Virus record (IMG/VR): IMGVR_UViG_3300027747_004779
Location: 93,858 to 157,857 of that record
Source of the DNA: a virus
Reading direction: 5' to 3' (one strand)
Length of the DNA: 64,000 bases
The position numbers and the translations under genes are program-made. Under the pieces are notes generated by a model. That model made no database searches. It was not told the origin of the DNA and saw only the letters and a program-made list of their open reading frames with translations. Each line of letters begins with the position of its first letter. Positions within the stretch are counted from its first letter, which is position 1. Positions 58,272-64,000 of this stretch are shown one piece after another.

Positions 58272-58838
58272 ATGGCCGATGATATTGCAATATCACAATT
58301 GACACCTCGCAATCCCACGAGCTCTGCAGTTGTACCATATTATGAAAGTGGTGAAACATATAGCGCAACATTAACACAGATACGTCAAATAGCTGCTGCA
58401 CCACAGGGGTTAATATTAATCTGGTCGGGATCTATAGCTAGTATACCCACGGGATGGAATCTATGTGATGGAAGCACAGTGGCAGGATATGGCGTTGTAC
58501 CGGATTTAAGAGATAGATTCATAGCGGGGAGCGGATCAACCTATGCACTAAAAGCAACCGGGGGAAGTAAAGATTCAATAGTGGTGGCACATACGCATAC
58601 TGGCACTGCAGGTGCCCATACGCACTCTGCAAATGTATCTGTTAACACCGGTGCAGGTAATTACGCCGCTTGTCAATCAAGGATTCGCCCATGCTTTGGT
58701 GTTACTTTTTACGGCGGATCAACAACAGGCTCCACAGATGCTACAACACCTGCTTTAAGTATAGATTCACAAGGATCTTCTGGTGTTAATGCAAATCTAC
58801 CACCCTACCTTGCTCTAGCATACATAATAAAGGTATAA
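58272..58838 (+). CDS. mini tail-collar/needle adhesin 1
   Basis: Anchor; WSG..IP.GW.LCDG, PDLRDRF, HTH..HTH, NLPPY.AL.YI.K. Confidence 0.78.
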   Translation: MADDIAISQLTPRNPTSSAVVPYYESGETYSATLTQIRQIAAAPQGLILIWSGSIASIPTGWNLCDGSTVAGYGVVPDLRDRFIAGSGSTYALKATGGSKDSIVVAHTHTGTAGAHTHSANVSVNTGAGNYAACQSRIRPCFGVTFYGGSTTGSTDATTPALSIDSQGSSGVNANLPPYLALAYIIKV

Positions 58839-58839
58839 T

Positions 58840-59397
58840 ATGGCAGAAGTAACAATAGATCAATTAACACCGCGGCAGCCAACAACTGCTGCTATTATTC
58901 CTTTTATGAATTCAAGTGCTATCGATGCAAACAATGCAACAGGAAGTCAAGCAAGCTCTCTTGCATTTCCAGCAGGTTTTATTGCAATGTGGTCAGGTAG
59001 TACTGTTCCAGGTGGCTGGTACCTATGTAACGGTGCAAACGGTACACCAGATTTAAGAAATCAATTTATAATCGGATCATCACAAGATAGTGGAGGTCAA
59101 AGCGTAACAACTGTTACAGGGAGCAACACAAAAACTGGCGGTTCAGCTGATGCCGTAAATATTGCTCACACACATACCGGATCCACCTCTCATACGCATT
59201 CTGGATCGGTTGCAAGTGTTTCTCTTGCGGGCGGAGGTGCACCAAATGGCGGTGTGTCAGCAACTACATATGCAAGCTTAAATGCAGGTTTAACTTCATC
59301 AGAAGCACCTGCTTTAAGTATAGATTCACAAGGATCATCAGGAATAAATGCAAACCTTCCACCCTACTATGCCTTGGCATACATAATGAAAGCATAA
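58840..59397 (+). CDS. mini tail-collar/needle adhesin 2
   Basis: Same architecture. Confidence 0.78.
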   Translation: MAEVTIDQLTPRQPTTAAIIPFMNSSAIDANNATGSQASSLAFPAGFIAMWSGSTVPGGWYLCNGANGTPDLRNQFIIGSSQDSGGQSVTTVTGSNTKTGGSADAVNIAHTHTGSTSHTHSGSVASVSLAGGGAPNGGVSATTYASLNAGLTSSEAPALSIDSQGSSGINANLPPYYALAYIMKA

Positions 59398-59400
59398 TAT

Positions 59401-59940
59401 ATGGCAGATCAAACGATAAATGAATTAGTAAATGCAGCTCCGGTAGCTGCCTCACTTGTACCGTATTCAGAAAGCGGTACAACATACTGCGCGACGATGA
59501 CACAGCTTCTTGGCGCACCTGCAGGTATAATAGGTATGTGGAGCGGTACAGTTGCTTCAATTCCCACGGGATGGGCTTTGTGTGATGGGCAATCAGGCCG
59601 GCCAGATTTAAGAAATAAGTTTGTTGTAGGTGCAGGTAATTCTTATGCTGTTAATGCCGGAGGAGGAAATAAAGATGCTATTGTGGTAAGTCACACACAT
59701 ACGGGTACAGTCGCTTCACATTCACACACCGGTGTGTTAAAAACCGTGTACAGTGGAGGAGGATCAAGATTTGGACAAAATTCTTTTCCAACTAATTCAT
59801 GGAGCGATGTGACTGGCTATACTCTAGGAAATACCGGGGCTTCATCTAATTCATCTGCTAGCATCAGCACTGATGGTTCATCTGGTACCAATGCCAATCT
59901 ACCTCCTTACTATGCCTTGTGTTATATAGTAAAGACGTGA
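59401..59940 (+). CDS. mini tail-collar/needle adhesin 3
   Basis: Same architecture. Confidence 0.78.
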   Translation: MADQTINELVNAAPVAASLVPYSESGTTYCATMTQLLGAPAGIIGMWSGTVASIPTGWALCDGQSGRPDLRNKFVVGAGNSYAVNAGGGNKDAIVVSHTHTGTVASHSHTGVLKTVYSGGGSRFGQNSFPTNSWSDVTGYTLGNTGASSNSSASISTDGSSGTNANLPPYYALCYIVKT

Positions 59941-59990
59941 TATACTCACGCGCGCAGCGAACTGGCACGGCCTGAAGCATAAGTATATAT
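59941..59990 (+). repeat. intergenic repeat copy 1 (diverged)
   Basis: tatactcacgcgcgcagcgaactggcacggcctgaagcataagta. Confidence 0.7.
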
Positions 59991-60536
59991 ATGGCCGATG
60001 TAACCATCAATGATTTGGGTGATTTAGTTCCACAAGGATCCCTGTATGTGCCCATAAGTAATGATACAACCACAGGCAGAGCTACAATATCGCAAATAAC
60101 TACATTATTTTCAGGAGTTCCGACCAGTGTAATAGGTGTTTGGTCAGGCTCCACATCGAATATACCTGCAGGCTGGTATCTATGTAATGGCTTAAATGGG
60201 ACGCCTGATTTAAGAGATAGATTTGTGGTAGGAGCGGGTAATGCATATGCTGTAGGGAGTACTGGCGGCTCCAAAGATGCTATATTAGTAAGTCACAATC
60301 ATTCAACTTCGAGCTCGGTATCAGACCCTGGGCATTCACATACTGTAGTTGCATTAGCAGGATCAGGAAGTAAAGGTTGTACTGTTGCTGCTGGTAATAG
60401 AACAACCGTAGGTGATACTACCGGTATAGCATATACCGGAATATCTGTATCAACATCTGTAGCTGCAGCTGGATCAAGTGGAACAAGTGCAAATCTACCT
60501 CCTTATTATGCGCTTTGTTATATAATGAAAGGTTAA
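59991..60536 (+). CDS. mini tail-collar/needle adhesin 4
   Basis: Same architecture. Confidence 0.78.
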   Translation: MADVTINDLGDLVPQGSLYVPISNDTTTGRATISQITTLFSGVPTSVIGVWSGSTSNIPAGWYLCNGLNGTPDLRDRFVVGAGNAYAVGSTGGSKDAILVSHNHSTSSSVSDPGHSHTVVALAGSGSKGCTVAAGNRTTVGDTTGIAYTGISVSTSVAAAGSSGTSANLPPYYALCYIMKG

Positions 60537-60539
60537 TAT

Positions 60540-61082
60540 ATGGCAGATGTAACAATATATCAATTACCTGATCTTACACCATCTAATGCCTCAGTAATTC
60601 CTGTATCGGACGGTACGGTGACTGGTAGAGCTGCAGTATCACAAATAATCTCCCTAGCATCAGGAGCTCCTTATGGACTTGTAGTAATATGGTCGGGCTC
60701 TATTGTTACAATTCCTCAGGGGTGGTATCTATGCAACGGCAGCAATAGTACACCAGACTTGAGAGATAAATTTGTTATTGGAGCAGGTGGCTCTTATGGT
60801 ATAAACGCAACTGGTGGATCAAGTGATGCAATAGTTGTAAGTCATACACATGCAGCTACTAGTTCAGTAAGTGACCCTGGTCATACACATTCCTATACTG
60901 GGACCTCTGGTACCGCGAACACTGGAGGTAGTTCATGTTGTGGGGCGACATATCCTAATACAAATACAGGAAGTTCGGGTACCGGAATATCTGTATCAAC
61001 ATCTGTAGATGCAGCTGGATCAAGTGGAACTAATGCTAATCTACCTCCTTATTATGCTTTGTGCTATATAATGAAAGGTTAA
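60540..61082 (+). CDS. mini tail-collar/needle adhesin 5
   Basis: Same architecture; long DNA-identical blocks shared with adhesin 6. Confidence 0.78.
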   Translation: MADVTIYQLPDLTPSNASVIPVSDGTVTGRAAVSQIISLASGAPYGLVVIWSGSIVTIPQGWYLCNGSNSTPDLRDKFVIGAGGSYGINATGGSSDAIVVSHTHAATSSVSDPGHTHSYTGTSGTANTGGSSCCGATYPNTNTGSSGTGISVSTSVDAAGSSGTNANLPPYYALCYIMKG

Positions 61083-61085
61083 TAT

Positions 61086-61634
61086 ATGGCAGATGTAACA
61101 ATATATCAATTACCTGATCTTACACCAACAACTACCTCATTAATTCCTGTATCAGACGGTACGGTGACTGGTAAACTTACAGTCAGTGTAGTAAATTCTT
61201 TTGTTTCAGGATTTCCTTCAGGTTTTATTGCCATGTGGTACACAACAAATCCTTCTTATACACTGCCTGCAGGGTGGTATCTATGCAACGGTAGCAATGG
61301 TACACCCAACATGATAGATAGATTTGTTGTCGGAGCAGGTAGCAGTTATAACCCAACTAATACTGGTGGATCAAGTGATGCAATAGTTGTAAGTCATACA
61401 CATGCAGCTACTAGTTCAGTAAGTGACCCTGGTCATACACATTCCTACCTTAGGATAACTCAAGCAAGTTCTAAAGGCTGTAGCGGGATAGGAGTAAGAT
61501 ATGGCGTTGCCTCAACCACAGGAAGTTCGGGTACCGGAATATCTGTATCAACATCTGTAGATGCAGCTGGATCAAGTGGAACTAATGCTAATCTACCTCC
61601 TTATTATGCTTTGTGCTATATAATGAAGTCGTGA
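61086..61634 (+). CDS. mini tail-collar/needle adhesin 6
   Basis: Same architecture. Confidence 0.78.
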   Translation: MADVTIYQLPDLTPTTTSLIPVSDGTVTGKLTVSVVNSFVSGFPSGFIAMWYTTNPSYTLPAGWYLCNGSNGTPNMIDRFVVGAGSSYNPTNTGGSSDAIVVSHTHAATSSVSDPGHTHSYLRITQASSKGCSGIGVRYGVASTTGSSGTGISVSTSVDAAGSSGTNANLPPYYALCYIMKS

Positions 61635-61685
61635 TATACTAACGAGCGCAGCGAATCAGCACGGCACAGAACATAAATAATCAAT
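61635..61685 (+). repeat. intergenic repeat copy 2 with late promoter
   Basis: tatactaacgagcgcagcgaatcagcacggcacagaacataaataat. Confidence 0.88.
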
Positions 61686-62411
61686 ATGGCCGATGTAACC
61701 ATCAATGAATTAACTAGTCAAGCTCCTACTACGAGTGATCTGTTTCCTTTTGCTACAGCTGTGTCGCCTTCAACATACAAGGCATCATTAGCACAGATCA
61801 AGACAGCTTTGGCAATATCATGGTCTGATGTGAGTGATAAACCAAGCTTTGCTACTGTAGCTACAACCGGTAGCTATACAGATCTCTCTAATAAGCCAAC
61901 AATACCTACAAATACAGGCATAGGAGGTGCACAATACTTTACTGCTGCAACCACTTCCTGGGTAGTACCAGCTGGTATAACAAAAATTAAGGTTTATTGT
62001 ATTGGCGCAGGTGGTAACGGTGGGGCTAATGACCATTGTAGTGCTGGAGGAGATTCATATATTACCAATATTAGCATTGTAGGAGGCGGTGGTGCAGGTA
62101 ATGGCGGTGGAGCAGGGACTGGTGCTGGTGGGGTAGGCTCAGGTACACTTGCTATAGTAACTAGAACAGGTAGCTCGGGATCATCTAATACAGCTGCAAC
62201 TGCAGCACAAGCAGCAATGATCTTCGGTAGTTCTGTTGGCTATGGGGGGTCGTCAGATGGGTCTAGGATAAGAGGTGGTGGCGCAGGAGGGTACGCCTTC
62301 GGGGTGGCAACTGTTACCCCGGGTACTACGCTAACAGTTAATGTGGGTCAGGTTGGTAGTTTTGCAAATGCCACTAGAGGTACTGTAGGGGCAATAGGAA
62401 TAGAGTGGTAA
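61686..62411 (+). CDS. adhesin/fibre, anchor plus Gly-rich domain
   Basis: MADVTINEL; ATVAT.GSY.DL.NKP; Gly-rich domain ending IEW. Confidence 0.72.
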   Translation: MADVTINELTSQAPTTSDLFPFATAVSPSTYKASLAQIKTALAISWSDVSDKPSFATVATTGSYTDLSNKPTIPTNTGIGGAQYFTAATTSWVVPAGITKIKVYCIGAGGNGGANDHCSAGGDSYITNISIVGGGGAGNGGGAGTGAGGVGSGTLAIVTRTGSSGSSNTAATAAQAAMIFGSSVGYGGSSDGSRIRGGGAGGYAFGVATVTPGTTLTVNVGQVGSFANATRGTVGAIGIEW

Positions 62412-62435
62412 TAGCGCACTTTACCGTAAAAAGGC

Positions 62436-62486
62436 TATACTAACGAGCGCAGCGAATCAGCACGGCACAGAACATAAATAATTATT
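62436..62486 (+). repeat. intergenic repeat copy 3 with late promoter
   Basis: 47 nt identical to copy 2. Confidence 0.88.
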
Positions 62487-63215
62487 ATGGCCGATGTAAC
62501 CATTAATGATCTATCCAGCCAGGCGCCTACTACGAGTGATCTGTTTCCCTTTAGTACTGCAGTATCACCTAGTACATACAAAGCGTCGTTAGCACAGATT
62601 AAGACTGCACTGGCTATACCTGCAGCTCAAATACAATCAGATTGGACTCAAGCAAATACTAGTGCATTGGATTACATTAAGAATAAACCAACAATACCTA
62701 CGAGTACAGGTTTAGGCGGTATACAAGGCTTTACCACTGCAGGTAATTATACATTTACAGCGCCTGCAGGTGTCACCAAGGTGAAGGTAACTGTGCAAGG
62801 AGGTGGAGGGGGTGCAGGTGGAATAACTTCAAATTTTCAATGCGGTGGTAATGTTGGGGCTAGTGGTGGTTATGCTATTGGAATGGTGAACGTGGTTGCA
62901 GGCACAAGCTACGCTGTGGTAGTTGGTGGTGCTGGTGCTGGTGGTGGATTAGGCGGGTGTGGAGGCACTGGTGGCACATCATCCTTTAACGACACAAGCA
63001 TCTATGCCACTGGTGGTACAGGTGGGTGTCCTTGTGGCGCTGCTGGAACTGCGGGTACAGGTGTTAATGGTCAAATAAATATGTCAGGGGCAAGTTTATT
63101 TGGAGGATTTGGTTGGGGTTCAAGTGCACCTGGAACAGGCACTGGTCAAGGGTGTGGTGCTGGTCAACGAAACGGTTGTGCTGGTGGCGCTGGGTTTGTT
63201 ATGGTGGAGTGGTAG
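62487..63215 (+). CDS. adhesin/fibre, anchor plus Gly-rich domain
   Basis: MADVTINDL; QSDW..DYIKNKP; Gly/Cys-rich domain ending VEW. Confidence 0.72.
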   Translation: MADVTINDLSSQAPTTSDLFPFSTAVSPSTYKASLAQIKTALAIPAAQIQSDWTQANTSALDYIKNKPTIPTSTGLGGIQGFTTAGNYTFTAPAGVTKVKVTVQGGGGGAGGITSNFQCGGNVGASGGYAIGMVNVVAGTSYAVVVGGAGAGGGLGGCGGTGGTSSFNDTSIYATGGTGGCPCGAAGTAGTGVNGQINMSGASLFGGFGWGSSAPGTGTGQGCGAGQRNGCAGGAGFVMVEW

Positions 63216-63403
63216 TAGCGTACTTTACCGTAAAGTAACCCTTATAAGAGCTATATAAAAATTCTGCAAAAAAAATTATAAAATTTTTTGGCATGCACCT
63301 ATATAAATTCACAACGCTTTCTTCTATATGTATAAATTCCCGTACTGGGGGATATATCCCCGTGGGGGTTTCTGAGCCCACCTGGGGGTTCTAGAACACC
63401 ATC

Positions 63404-63586
63404 TTATTTTGAAACAGTAGTACTATCTAAGTACCAAGGGCGTGGATCATTCATGTAAGTAAACTCTCTACTACTATCTACATCACCATACCATTTATGT
63501 TCACCCTCTATATACTTCTCTATAGTCTTCTTTCTACTTAAGAAGTACTCCATAGCACTTAACGTCTTTACCTTTGTATCATTCAT
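63404..63586 (-). CDS. hypothetical protein
   Basis: AGGAGGT Shine-Dalgarno upstream. Confidence 0.5.
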   Translation of the reverse strand: MNDTKVKTLSAMEYFLSRKKTIEKYIEGEHKWYGDVDSSREFTYMNDPRPWYLDSTTVSK

Positions 63587-63633
63587 CTATACCTCCTATT
63601 GTATATGCTATCTATCTATCGACAATATCTATT

Positions 63634-63706
63634 TGGGCTCGGAGGGACTTGAACCCCCAACCAAAGCATTATGAGTGCTCTGCTCTGACCATTGAGCTAC
63701 AAGCCC
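63634..63706 (-). tRNA. tRNA with CAT anticodon, probably Ile2 (lysidine); elongator Met not excluded
   Basis: GGGCTTG-TAGCTCAATGGTCAGAGC-GAGCA CTCATAA TGCTT-GGGGGTTCAAGTCCCTC-CGAGCCC-A; G1-C72 paired so not initiator; no encoded CCA. Confidence 0.9.
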
Positions 63707-63712
63707 AACGCA

Positions 63713-64000
63713 CTAGCTAGGCAAGGCATCATACCGCTTTAATGCCTCATCAATACTACAACAAGTCCAAGCCGTAATGCCCCATAACGAACTTCCAGGA
63801 TAGGTCTCTGCAGGCTCAATCATCACACCACCCATCAAGTAACCATTATGCCGTCCGATCTTAACTACCTCATAATTGTTCAATGAGCTATCCTCTCTTG
63901 TCTGTTGGAAGATAGCTTTCTTACCTTCTCTCTTTAGTTGGGTATAGGTGAAGCCCTTCTTCTTGAATTGCGTTGGGATCGTTTTATATTCTTTAGTCTC
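63713..64000 (-). CDS. hypothetical protein (5' end outside window)
   Basis: Open frame ...GFTYTQLKREG...ETYPGSSLWGITAWT...LPS*. Confidence 0.6.
   Translation of the reverse strand, partial: ETKEYKTIPTQFKKKGFTYTQLKREGKKAIFQQTREDSSLNNYEVVKIGRHNGYLMGGVMIEPAETYPGSSLWGITAWTCCSIDEALKRYDALPS

Noticed and set aside
58272-61634. Diversity-generating retroelement
   Set aside because: No reverse transcriptase in the window. Tip differences involve all bases, are not adenine-specific, and there is no non-coding template copy.
61635-61665. Cloning-vector contamination from the ColE1-like motif
   Set aside because: The match is short and imperfect, occurs in three copies (one diverged) and is embedded in phage promoter context
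59941-62486. CRISPR array or integron attC sites
   Set aside because: Repeats are separated by whole genes rather than 30-40 nt spacers. There is no paired RYYYAAC/GTTRRRY box and no cas or integrase gene in the window.
1-64000. Stop-codon reassignment
   Set aside because: Conserved genes are full length in the standard code, and TAA, TAG and TGA all end genes at expected positions

Overview
An AT-rich, gene-dense segment of a large T4-like (myovirus-type) phage genome. Core modules: gp55-like late sigma (partial), UvsW/UvsY, gp62-like clamp loader, DinG helicase, class Ia RNR, and the head and neck genes gp15, gp20, gp13, gp4, gp21, gp22, gp23, plus a gp5-like spike. A dispersed 7-deazaguanine DNA-modification pathway is present (folE, queD, queE, queF, DpdA3-like transglycosylase, PurN-like formyltransferase, GMP reductase, kinases; queC is not in the window). 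There is also an 11-gene glycosylation island, many small late proteins with N-terminal capsid-targeting-like motifs, an array of nine short adhesin genes sharing one N-terminal anchor motif, and a tRNA(CAT). Most unusual observations: (1) an 86-aa late protein carrying a protein-level copy (22/27 identical, synonymous sites diverged) of the mature capsid protein N-arm fused to a poly-Lys tail; (2) the modular adhesin array with constant flanks, variable tips and a GC-rich intergenic repeat; (3) promoters placed so that most mRNAs appear leaderless. All family calls come from motif recognition by eye, not from database searches.
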